Assembly: GCA_036478295.1 (NCBI GenBank)
Contig: JAZGDW010000039.1
Location: 1-15,327, forward strand
Direction: 5' to 3'
Source of the DNA: Candidatus Krumholzibacteriia bacterium
GTDB taxonomy: Bacteria; Krumholzibacteriota; Krumholzibacteriia; WVZY01
DNA: 15,327 bases
The notes under the pieces were generated by a model. The model was not told the origin of the DNA. It saw only the letters and a program-made list of their open reading frames with translations, and searched no databases. Below, in pieces: positions 5,745 through 13,675 of this stretch (position 1 is its first letter; each line of letters starts with the position of its first letter). Position numbers and translations under genes: made by a program.

Positions 5745-7427
5745 TTGAAAGACAAGATCGCCAAGAAACTGCTCGAGTCCGCCTTGGTTTCACAAGAACA
5801 AATGTCCAAAGCGATCGAAGTGCAGAAGTCCGATGGCGGATCGCTTAGCTACAACCTCGTGAAAACCGGCGCCATTTCGGAGATGGCCTTTGCCGAGTTC
5901 ATGGGGCAGGTCTACAACGTTCCCGCCGTGGACCTCGAAGAAGGCGAAACGGATAGCGACATCGTGGCGCTGATACCCGCCGACGTCGCGACGAAATTCC
6001 AGGTGGTACCGGTGGGGCGCGAGGGCAGGGTTCTCACCGTGGCAATGGCCAACCCGGACAACATCTTCGCCATCGACGACATCAAGTTTATTACCGGCCT
6101 CGAGGTCAGACCGGTGGTAGCCACTGAGAGCGCGATTCGAAGGACCATCGACCGCCTCTACGATTCCGCCGATTCGCTGGCCAGCGTCATGCGGGACATG
6201 GAAGAGGACTTTGAGATCGTCGAAGACTACGACGACGACATCGCGGAGGAGGAGGAGCTGGCTTCGGATGCGCCGATCGTAAAGTTGGTCAACAGCATGA
6301 TCTCCGACGCCGTCTCCAAGAACGCCAGTGATATTCACGTCGAACCGTATGAGAAATCCATGCGTGTGCGCTTCCGAATCGACGGTATGCTGCACGAGAT
6401 GATGTCGCCACCGTTCAAGATGAAGGGTGCGATTCTCTCGCGTCTCAAGATTATGGCGGAGCTGGATATTGCCGAGAAACGCGTCCCGCAGGACGGCCGG
6501 ATCAAGATCCGCATCGCCGGCAAACCAATCGATCTTCGTGTCAGTACGTTGCCGACGATTTACGGAGAAAAGATCGTGATGCGAATCCTCGATAAGAGCA
6601 ACCTGCAGATCAACCTGCTGAAACTCGGTTTCGAGGAGGAGGCGCTGGAGCATTTTCTGAAATCCATCGAATCCCCGTACGGTCTGGTCCTCGTGACGGG
6701 GCCGACGGGTTCCGGAAAAACCACCACGCTCTATAGCTCGCTCAACAGAATCAACAAGCCGTTCACAAACGTCATGACCGCGGAGGATCCGGTCGAGTAC
6801 AACCTCGATGGTATCAACCAGGTCAACGTTCGCGAGGAGATAGGTCTGACCTTCGCCGCCGCGCTGAAGGCATTTCTTCGCCAGGATCCCAACATCGTAA
6901 TGGTCGGTGAGATTCGTGATCTCGAGACTGCGTCCATCGCTATCAAAGCGGCACTCACCGGTCACCTCGTCCCGAGCACGCTGCACACCAACGATGCCCC
7001 AAGCTCGATCAACCGTATGATCGACATGGGCATTGAGCCATTCCTCGTATCCAGTTCGGTAAACATGATCGTGGCGCAGCGCCTCGTGAGGAGGTTGTGT
7101 TTGAAGTGCAAAGAGCAAACCACCATGCACGAGGAAACGCTGAGAGAACTGGGCATCATGGAATCCCCGGAAGAGCTCACGCTCTACGAACCCAAGGGAT
7201 GCATCGCGTGCAGCGACACCGGTTATTCAGGACGGCACGGACTCTATGAAGTAATGCCGGTAGACGAAACCGTGCGGGAGATGATCATCGAGCGAAAATC
7301 AACGGCGGAGATCAAAACTTATGTCACACAAGCGGGCATGCTCACACTGCGCATGGACGGATTGGAAAAATTCAAGAAGGGGATAACTTCCCTGGAAGAA
7401 ATCCTGAGAGAAACCAGCGCAACCTAG
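5745..7427 (+). CDS. pilB: Type IV pilus assembly (extension) ATPase PilB
   Basis: TTG start with GGAGG at 5731-5735. ASDIHVEP, RVPQDGRI, Walker A GPTGSGKTTT, TAEDPVEY, LRQDPNIVMVGEIRD and His box present, plus the tetracysteine Zn motif CLKC...CIAC. Confidence 0.96.
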   Translation: MKDKIAKKLLESALVSQEQMSKAIEVQKSDGGSLSYNLVKTGAISEMAFAEFMGQVYNVPAVDLEEGETDSDIVALIPADVATKFQVVPVGREGRVLTVAMANPDNIFAIDDIKFITGLEVRPVVATESAIRRTIDRLYDSADSLASVMRDMEEDFEIVEDYDDDIAEEEELASDAPIVKLVNSMISDAVSKNASDIHVEPYEKSMRVRFRIDGMLHEMMSPPFKMKGAILSRLKIMAELDIAEKRVPQDGRIKIRIAGKPIDLRVSTLPTIYGEKIVMRILDKSNLQINLLKLGFEEEALEHFLKSIESPYGLVLVTGPTGSGKTTTLYSSLNRINKPFTNVMTAEDPVEYNLDGINQVNVREEIGLTFAAALKAFLRQDPNIVMVGEIRDLETASIAIKAALTGHLVPSTLHTNDAPSSINRMIDMGIEPFLVSSSVNMIVAQRLVRRLCLKCKEQTTMHEETLRELGIMESPEELTLYEPKGCIACSDTGYSGRHGLYEVMPVDETVREMIIERKSTAEIKTYVTQAGMLTLRMDGLEKFKKGITSLEEILRETSAT

Positions 7428-7443
7428 CAAAGGCGGAACGGCA

Positions 7444-8517
7444 ATGACGAACCTGAGGGACCTCTTGCGTGAGATGATCGAAAAAAAAGCATCGGATCTC
7501 CACATTACCGCCGGCTTGCCTCCGCAATTCCGGATCAACGGCGACATCGTGGGCAGCGAACACGAGCCACTCACACCGGAGATAACGCTGCAGATAACGT
7601 ACAGCATCCTCAACGAGGAGCAGCAAAAGCGCTTTGAGGCCGAGCACGAGTTGGACTTTTCTTTCGGCGTAAAGGGACTGAGTCGTTTCCGCGCGAACGT
7701 GTTCCTGCAACGAGGGGTCACCAGCCTCGCCATCCGCCAGATTCCTTACGAAATCATGCCCATGCGGGATCTCGGCCTTCCGAACGTGGTGCAGAAGCTC
7801 GCGGAAAAACAAAAAGGATTGATTCTGGTCACCGGGCCGACCGGCAGCGGCAAATCCACGACCCTCGCCAGCGTCATCGACAAGATCAACACGGAGAGAA
7901 GCAGTCACATCATCACGATCGAAGATCCCATCGAGTACGTTCACCAACACAAGAAGTGCATCGTCAACCAACGCGAGGTACGGGCGGATACGGACAGTTT
8001 CACGGCAGCGCTCAAGCACGTCCTGCGGCAGGACCCGGACATTATTCTCATCGGCGAGATGCGCGATCTCGAGACCATGTCGGCCGCCCTGACCATCGCC
8101 GAAACGGGCCATCTGACCCTTGCAACGTTGCACACGAACTCGACCTACGAATCCATTAACAGAATCGTCGACTCCTTTCCGGCATCGCAGCAGGGGCAGG
8201 TAAGGGCGCAGCTTGCCTTTGTTCTCGAAGGCGTCATTACGCAGCAACTGATCCCCAAGAAGAGCGGAGGAGGCCGGGTTATGGTTTGCGAGGTCATGGT
8301 ATGCACGCCGGCGATCCGCGCGACGATCAGAGACGACAAGGTTCACCAGATCTACGGACTCATGCAGGCCGGACAGAAGTTTGGTATGCAGACGATGAAT
8401 CAGGGACTCTTCAACGCGGCAGTCAAGGGTGACATCTCGACCGAAGAGGCGATGCGCAGAAGTTCCGATCCCGAAGAGCTCAGCAAGATGCTTGGTGAAA
8501 AGGTGGAAAGCTGGTAG
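7444..8517 (+). CDS. pilT: Type IV pilus retraction ATPase PilT
   Basis: ASDLHITAG, RFRANVF, Walker A GPTGSGKSTT, TIEDPIEY, LRQDPDIILIGEMRD, GHLTLATLHTN, AIRATIRD (AIRNLIRE equivalent) and GMQTM. Confidence 0.96.
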   Translation: MTNLRDLLREMIEKKASDLHITAGLPPQFRINGDIVGSEHEPLTPEITLQITYSILNEEQQKRFEAEHELDFSFGVKGLSRFRANVFLQRGVTSLAIRQIPYEIMPMRDLGLPNVVQKLAEKQKGLILVTGPTGSGKSTTLASVIDKINTERSSHIITIEDPIEYVHQHKKCIVNQREVRADTDSFTAALKHVLRQDPDIILIGEMRDLETMSAALTIAETGHLTLATLHTNSTYESINRIVDSFPASQQGQVRAQLAFVLEGVITQQLIPKKSGGGRVMVCEVMVCTPAIRATIRDDKVHQIYGLMQAGQKFGMQTMNQGLFNAAVKGDISTEEAMRRSSDPEELSKMLGEKVESW

Positions 8518-8556
8518 GACGTTCCTGCCGGTCGTTCGCGCAAGGGAGAATCTATT

Positions 8557-9768
8557 ATGGCCAATACCTACCTGTGGAAAGGAAGGAGCCCCAGCGGGGA
8601 AATCCTTTCCGGAGAATACGTCACGGAAAACAAGCAGGAGCTGATCAACTACCTGCGTAAGCGCAAAATCATCATCACGTCCCTCAAGGAAAAGTCGAAA
8701 CAGTTGTCCTTGAAGATGTCTTTTGGCAACAAGGTCGGGGTCAAGGACCTCGGTGTGTTCACGCGGCAGTTCGCGACGATGATCAACGCGGGCCTGCCCC
8801 TGGTTCAGTGTCTCGACATTCTGGCCAAACAGCTGGAAAAGGAACACTTCAAGAAAATCGTGCTCACTGTGACCACCGACGTCGAGGGTGGCGCCACTCT
8901 AGCGGAGGCGCTGGGCAAGCATCCGACCGTGTTCAGTACACTGTACGTCAACATGGTGGACGCGGGAGAGGCCGGTGGTATCCTGGATTTGATTCTGAAC
9001 CGGCTTGCCGTCTACTTGGAAAAAGCGGAAGCCCTGACCAGAAAGGTGAAGGCCGCCCTGATGTACCCGGCGGTCGTATTCTTCGTGGCGATCGGCGCCA
9101 CCGTCTTCATGCTGATTTTCATTATCCCGACGTTCGCGAAGATGTTCGTTGACTTCGGGGGTGATCTGCCGCTCCCCACCAAGATAGTCATGGGGATCAG
9201 CGATTTCCTGCGAACCAAGTGGTTCGTGATGGTGGGTGTTATCGGCGGTGCCATATTCGCCTACAAACGTTTCCACGCCACCGAGGCGGGAAAGCTCAAA
9301 GTCGATCAACTCATGCTGAAAGTTCCCGTGCTTGGCCAGGTGATCCGCAAGTCGTGCATCGCACGTTTCACCAGGACGCTGGGCACGCTGGTTTCCAGCG
9401 GTGTTCCTATCCTCAACGGTCTCGACATCACCGCCCGCACCGCGGGTAACAAGGTGGTTGAGAATGCGATCTTCGCTACCCGGGAGAGCATCAGCCAGGG
9501 TAATACGATCGCGGAACCTTTGAGGGAGTGCGGCGTGTTTCCGCCCATGGTTACGCAGATGATCGGCGTCGGCGAGCAGACCGGCGCGCTGGACGAGATG
9601 CTCGAAAAAATAGCCAATTTCTATGATGACGAAGTGGACACGGCCGTGGACGCGCTGACCTCCGTAATCGAACCGGTGATGATTGTCGTGATGGGCACGA
9701 TGGTCGGCGGAATGCTGATAGCCATGTACCTCCCGATGTTCAAGCTGATCAACGTCATCGGAGGCTAA
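8557..9768 (+). CDS. pilC: Type IV pilus inner membrane platform protein PilC (GspF family)
   Basis: FTRQFATMINAGLPLVQCL, GEAGGILD, ALMYPAVV, FTRTLGTLVSSGVPI, GEQTGALDEML, IEP and MYLPMF. RBS AGGGAG upstream. Confidence 0.96.
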   Translation: MANTYLWKGRSPSGEILSGEYVTENKQELINYLRKRKIIITSLKEKSKQLSLKMSFGNKVGVKDLGVFTRQFATMINAGLPLVQCLDILAKQLEKEHFKKIVLTVTTDVEGGATLAEALGKHPTVFSTLYVNMVDAGEAGGILDLILNRLAVYLEKAEALTRKVKAALMYPAVVFFVAIGATVFMLIFIIPTFAKMFVDFGGDLPLPTKIVMGISDFLRTKWFVMVGVIGGAIFAYKRFHATEAGKLKVDQLMLKVPVLGQVIRKSCIARFTRTLGTLVSSGVPILNGLDITARTAGNKVVENAIFATRESISQGNTIAEPLRECGVFPPMVTQMIGVGEQTGALDEMLEKIANFYDDEVDTAVDALTSVIEPVMIVVMGTMVGGMLIAMYLPMFKLINVIGG

Positions 9769-9773
9769 TAACA

Positions 9774-11471
9774 ATGGGCGAGCTCACGCCGCCGCGCCCG
9801 TTCCTGAACCTGCGGGTGATCCGGTTATTCGTGGGCCTCAGGATGATCGTTCTCGCGCTGGTGGTCGGCGCTGGAATAATGATAGTCCAGCTGAGCCACA
9901 GCGAGTTTTCGGTGGGCCCGCTCTACCTGATCCTGGTCATCAGCTACGCAGTGGGGGGCTTCTACTACGCCGGGATGCGGCTGAGACTCGATCCGGCGAC
10001 AGGCATATGGTTGATCATGGTCGCGGATATCATTCTGGAAACCGCGATCCTGCATTACAGCGGAGGCGTGGCCAGTCAGTTCTCGTTGATTTTCTGCTGG
10101 CCGATCATTGCGGCGGCATTCTTGTTGGAGGTTGTAGGGGGGCTGGGTATCGCGATTCTTGCCTCTCTCATGTACGTGGGTTACAGCATCCTGGAGGCAA
10201 CAGGCATATTCGCCCCTGCGGCATTTGGTCCCGGTGGGGCCGCTCGGTCGCCCGATTTCTTGCAGATGTACATGCACGTGTCGCTCTTTCTGCTGGTGGG
10301 AGCGGTAAGCGGGTACCTCGCCGAGCGAATCAGTTACAAGGGTCGCCAGCTCGATCGGGCAGAGACAAAACTTAGACAACTCAAAGTAGACACGGATAAC
10401 ATTCTCAGCAATATGAGCAGCGGGGTAATGGTGATCGATTTCGCGGGGCGCATATTATCGATCAACCCGACCGCTGAGGAGATACTCGGAGTAAGCAAGG
10501 AAGACATGGAAACCATGGACACTGCGGCGGCCTTCGAGACCCTGATGCCGGAATTCGGTAATGTGCTACTAAAGGCTCTTCACGCTGAGGAGAGCAAGAC
10601 GCGCCACGAGTTGACGGTCAAGCGTGCCGGTGGCAAGGACGTGCCGCTGGGTCTCAGCATTTCGCTGTTAAAAGACGACGACGGCAAGAAACGGGGCGTC
10701 ATCGCCGTCTTCCAGGATTTGACCGAAGTGAGGGACATGCAGGAACGCGTGCGCAAGGCGGACCGCCTGGCGGCAATCGGCGAACTCTCGGCGGGCATTG
10801 CACACGAGATCAGAAATCCACTGGCATCGATCAGCGGCTCGATCGAGATGCTCAGCAACGAACTGGATCTGGGCAGCGAGGACAGGCGGCTGATGGAGCT
10901 CATCATGAAGGAATCAGACCGTCTCGATCGCATCATAACCGATTTTCTCGAGTTTGCGCGGCTCAGACCACCTGCCATGGAGGAGGTGTCGGTGGGCCGC
11001 TGCCTCGACGACGTTCTGGCACTGCTGGAGAACAGCACCAGTCTCAGCTGCAACGTAAAGACGCTGATCCACAACGAGGCAAAGAACGTGGTAGTGAGGT
11101 TCGACGAGGAGCAAATGAAGCAGGTCCTCCTCAACCTGGCGATCAACGCGTGCGAGGCGATGCCGAATAATGGCACCCTTACCATCCGCGTGCGCAAGCT
11201 CGACGATGGATCGCTGTCGGTGGCCTTTCAGGACGAGGGGACTGGAATCAGCGGCGAGGCGCGTGATCGCCTCTTTGAACCCTTTTTCACCACCAAGGAG
11301 GGTGGTACGGGATTGGGATTGGCGATTGCGCACAAGATCGTTACAGCCCACGGTGGCAGGATTATGGCGAAGAATCGGAAGGGGGGCGGCACTGAAATGT
11401 GCATCGTGTTTCCGCCCGCTTCGGTTCTCAGGACCGAGGAACACTACGAAGCGTCAAGGTCGACAAGCTGA
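9774..11471 (+). CDS. pilS: Membrane sensor histidine kinase PilS (multi-TM, PAS, HisKA, HATPase)
   Basis: About 6 TM segments, PAS-like NMSSGVMVID..GRILSINPTAEEILG, H-box AHEIRNPL, N-box QVLLNLAINA, DEGTGI, FEPFFTTK and GTGLGL. Located between pilC and pilR. Confidence 0.88.
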   Translation: MGELTPPRPFLNLRVIRLFVGLRMIVLALVVGAGIMIVQLSHSEFSVGPLYLILVISYAVGGFYYAGMRLRLDPATGIWLIMVADIILETAILHYSGGVASQFSLIFCWPIIAAAFLLEVVGGLGIAILASLMYVGYSILEATGIFAPAAFGPGGAARSPDFLQMYMHVSLFLLVGAVSGYLAERISYKGRQLDRAETKLRQLKVDTDNILSNMSSGVMVIDFAGRILSINPTAEEILGVSKEDMETMDTAAAFETLMPEFGNVLLKALHAEESKTRHELTVKRAGGKDVPLGLSISLLKDDDGKKRGVIAVFQDLTEVRDMQERVRKADRLAAIGELSAGIAHEIRNPLASISGSIEMLSNELDLGSEDRRLMELIMKESDRLDRIITDFLEFARLRPPAMEEVSVGRCLDDVLALLENSTSLSCNVKTLIHNEAKNVVVRFDEEQMKQVLLNLAINACEAMPNNGTLTIRVRKLDDGSLSVAFQDEGTGISGEARDRLFEPFFTTKEGGTGLGLAIAHKIVTAHGGRIMAKNRKGGGTEMCIVFPPASVLRTEEHYEASRSTS

Positions 11472-11503
11472 TTGAACCGAAGAAAGGTAACGGGGGAATC
11501 TGA

Positions 11504-12895
11504 ATGGCCGGAGAAAGAATTCTCATTGTAGATGACGAAAAAAGTATGTGTCAGTTCCTTTCCATCATGCTCCGCAAGGATGGATACAAGATAAACGCGG
11601 TGAACAATGGAAAGAAGGCGTTGGATCAGATCAAGAGCTCCAAATTCGATCTCATCATCACCGACATCAGGATGTCGGGGATGGACGGCATCGAGTTGCT
11701 GGCCGAAATCAAGAAAATGGAACCGGCAACACCCGTGATTATCATGACGGCCTACGCATCACAGAACACGGCCATCGCAGCGGTGAATCATGGAGCGTTT
11801 CATTACCTGATCAAGCACGCCAAGAACGACGAGATCAGAATGGTCATCCGCAACGCCCTGGACATGAAGCGGGTGCGCGCCGAAAACCTGCTGGTCAAAA
11901 CAGACTTCAGGAGATCCAGCGATACCAAGATCATCATCGGTGAGAGCACGGAGATAGACAAGGTGTTCGCGCTGGTGGACAAAGTGGCCACGACTAACAG
12001 CACGATCCTCCTCGGCGGCGAAAGCGGCACCGGCAAGGAACTCATCGCACGTGCGATTCATTTCCGGTCGAACCGTGCGAACAATCCATTCGTCAGCATC
12101 AACTGCGGTGCGCTGCCGGAGAGCCTGTTGGAGAGCGAGCTCTTCGGGCACGTCAAAGGCTCGTTTACCGGCGCTATCCGTGACAAGGAGGGTCTCTTCA
12201 AGGTCGCCCAGGGCGGCACCTTCTTCCTGGATGAGGTTGGTGAGACCTCCCCGACCATCCAGGTAAAACTTCTCCGGGTCCTGCAGGAGCGCGAGATCAT
12301 CCCGGTGGGCGGTACCAACCCTATCAAGGTGGACGTACGGCTCATCGCCGCAACCAACTCCGACCTGGAAAAGGACATCAAGACAAATAAATTCCGTGCG
12401 GATCTGTACTACCGCCTGAACGTGTTTCCCATAAACCTGCCGCCTCTTCGCAGGCGCAAGGAGGATATTCCCCTTCTCGTGGCGCACTTCCTGAAGAAGT
12501 TCAACGAGAACCTCAAGCCGGAAAAGCACAAGGAGATCCACAAGGACGCTCTGGACCTGCTCATCGACTACGGCTGGCCGGGCAACGTCAGGGAACTGGA
12601 GAACGTCATCGAACGAGCGGTCATCCTGGAGGACAGCGACAAGATCGGGATCGAGTCGCTCCCGGATAACATTCGCTGTCGGGAAAGAACTTCCCAGCGC
12701 CTCATCACGGACAAGGCCCAGGTGACACTGGAGGAATTGGAGAAGGAATACTTGATAAAAGTCCTGGAAGACACCAACTGGCAGAAAAAACGCGCCAGCG
12801 CGATTCTCGGGATCAACGCCTCGACCCTTTACCGGAAAATCCAGCGGTACGGTCTCGAGGCGCGTCGCAAGAAGGAGACAGTCGAGCAAGATTGA
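11504..12895 (+). CDS. pilR: sigma54-dependent NtrC-family response regulator PilR
   Basis: Receiver domain (VDDE, D54, K104). AAA+ domain with GESGTGKEL, ESELFGHVKGSFTGA, FLDEVGE, FRADLYYRLNV and WPGNVREL. Fis-type HTH (ASAILGINASTLYRKI). Lies directly upstream of pilA. Confidence 0.9.
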   Translation: MAGERILIVDDEKSMCQFLSIMLRKDGYKINAVNNGKKALDQIKSSKFDLIITDIRMSGMDGIELLAEIKKMEPATPVIIMTAYASQNTAIAAVNHGAFHYLIKHAKNDEIRMVIRNALDMKRVRAENLLVKTDFRRSSDTKIIIGESTEIDKVFALVDKVATTNSTILLGGESGTGKELIARAIHFRSNRANNPFVSINCGALPESLLESELFGHVKGSFTGAIRDKEGLFKVAQGGTFFLDEVGETSPTIQVKLLRVLQEREIIPVGGTNPIKVDVRLIAATNSDLEKDIKTNKFRADLYYRLNVFPINLPPLRRRKEDIPLLVAHFLKKFNENLKPEKHKEIHKDALDLLIDYGWPGNVRELENVIERAVILEDSDKIGIESLPDNIRCRERTSQRLITDKAQVTLEELEKEYLIKVLEDTNWQKKRASAILGINASTLYRKIQRYGLEARRKKETVEQD

Positions 12896-12907
12896 GAAAT
12901 TGTCGAT

Positions 12908-12933
12908 TGCAATTTGGCCGTTTCGAAAATGCA
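12908..12933. promoter_or_regulatory. Candidate enhancer (PilR binding) site: inverted repeat TGCAATTT-N10-AAAATGCA
   Basis: Near-perfect inverted repeat (1 mismatch) about 90-120 bp upstream of the pilA -24 box, a typical position for a bEBP upstream activator sequence. Confidence 0.5.
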
Positions 12934-12985
12934 CCCCGGTAGGCGGGGTAGAGCAGGATACAAACGATGGATCTAAAATAAGTGA

Positions 12986-12998
12986 TATCAAGTGGTTA
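12986..12998 (+). promoter_or_regulatory. IHF binding site
   Basis: TATCAAGTGGTTA matches WATCAANNNNTTR exactly. It is preceded by an A-rich tract (taaaataa) and sits between the candidate enhancer and the sigma54 promoter. Confidence 0.7.
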
Positions 12999-13024
12999 TG
13001 AAGACTTCCGCCACCCCGAACCGT

Positions 13025-13039
13025 TGGCATATTACTTGC
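13025..13039 (+). promoter_or_regulatory. sigma54 (-24/-12) promoter of pilA
   Basis: TGGCAT-ATTAC-TTGC with GG-N10-GC spacing. PilR-activated sigma54 promoters are the established arrangement for pilA. Confidence 0.85.
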
Positions 13040-13111
13040 CAAACGGGGAGGCAGGATCGGGAAGACAGTCGGACATTAAAACCGACGTTACACAAAAGGG
13101 AGGTTCTTCCG

Positions 13112-13543
13112 ATGAAGAACAAGGGTTTTACACTGATCGAGCTTATGATCGTTGTGGTCATAATCGGAATTCTCGCGGCCATCGCGATTCCGAACTTCAT
13201 TAGCATGCAGTCGCGTGCCAAGGAAGCTTCGATGAAGTCGAACTGCCATACCGTGCAGTTGGCCGCCGAGGACTTTGCCGTCCAGAATAACGGCGTCTAT
13301 GCCGCTAACGTCGGCATCGACGTGACGGTGCCGGGCGGCGACACCATGGTCTCGATGCTTCCGGCCGGCGCCCTGCTGATGAATCCGTTCAGCAGAGTTG
13401 CCACCGAGCCCGTCAACGGCGTGGCCGCGCTAGCCGGATCGACAGCCTATGTGCCGATCATCCAGGCCTTGGTGAACGTAGGCTATACGATCACCGGTTT
13501 TGGCAAGACTGCGTTGATTCTGACGCTGTCGAGCGGCTCCTAA
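13112..13543 (+). CDS. pilA: Type IVa major pilin PilA (143 aa prepilin)
   Basis: True start is ATG 13112 after RBS AAGGGAGG. Prepilin cleavage motif MKNKG|FTLIELMIVVVIIGILAAIAIPNF. It has its own promoter and terminator. Confidence 0.93.
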   Translation: MKNKGFTLIELMIVVVIIGILAAIAIPNFISMQSRAKEASMKSNCHTVQLAAEDFAVQNNGVYAANVGIDVTVPGGDTMVSMLPAGALLMNPFSRVATEPVNGVAALAGSTAYVPIIQALVNVGYTITGFGKTALILTLSSGS

Positions 13544-13563
13544 GAGCCACCGTGATCGACTGG

Positions 13564-13599
13564 AAAAAGACGGAAGACTTATGTCTTCCGTCTTTTTTT
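13564..13599 (+). terminator. Rho-independent terminator after pilA (potentially bidirectional)
   Basis: aaaaagacggaagac-ttat-gtcttccgtcttttttt: perfect 15-bp inverted repeat including the A5/T7 tails. Confidence 0.93.
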
Positions 13600-13675
13600 G
13601 TCCCCCCCGGTATGGATTGTGCAAAAGATGCCGTAGCCGCCTGAATCTGGCAATTTAACCGTCACATAGAGCGAC

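Noticed and set aside
5790..13042. Long minus-strand ORFs (5790-7130, 7372-8847, 8899-9774, 11759-13042)
   Set aside because: They overlap well-supported pil genes on the opposite strand and have typical shadow-ORF composition with no family motifs.
12992..13111. 40-codon N-terminal extension of pilA in the ORF track
   Set aside because: It spans the IHF site and sigma54 promoter. The strong SD and short prepilin leader place the start at 13112.
13127..13543. Electrically conductive (e-pilin) type pilin
   Set aside because: It is a full-length pilin with only about 8 Phe/Tyr in 138 aa, long aromatic-free gaps, and no aromatic residue at position 27.
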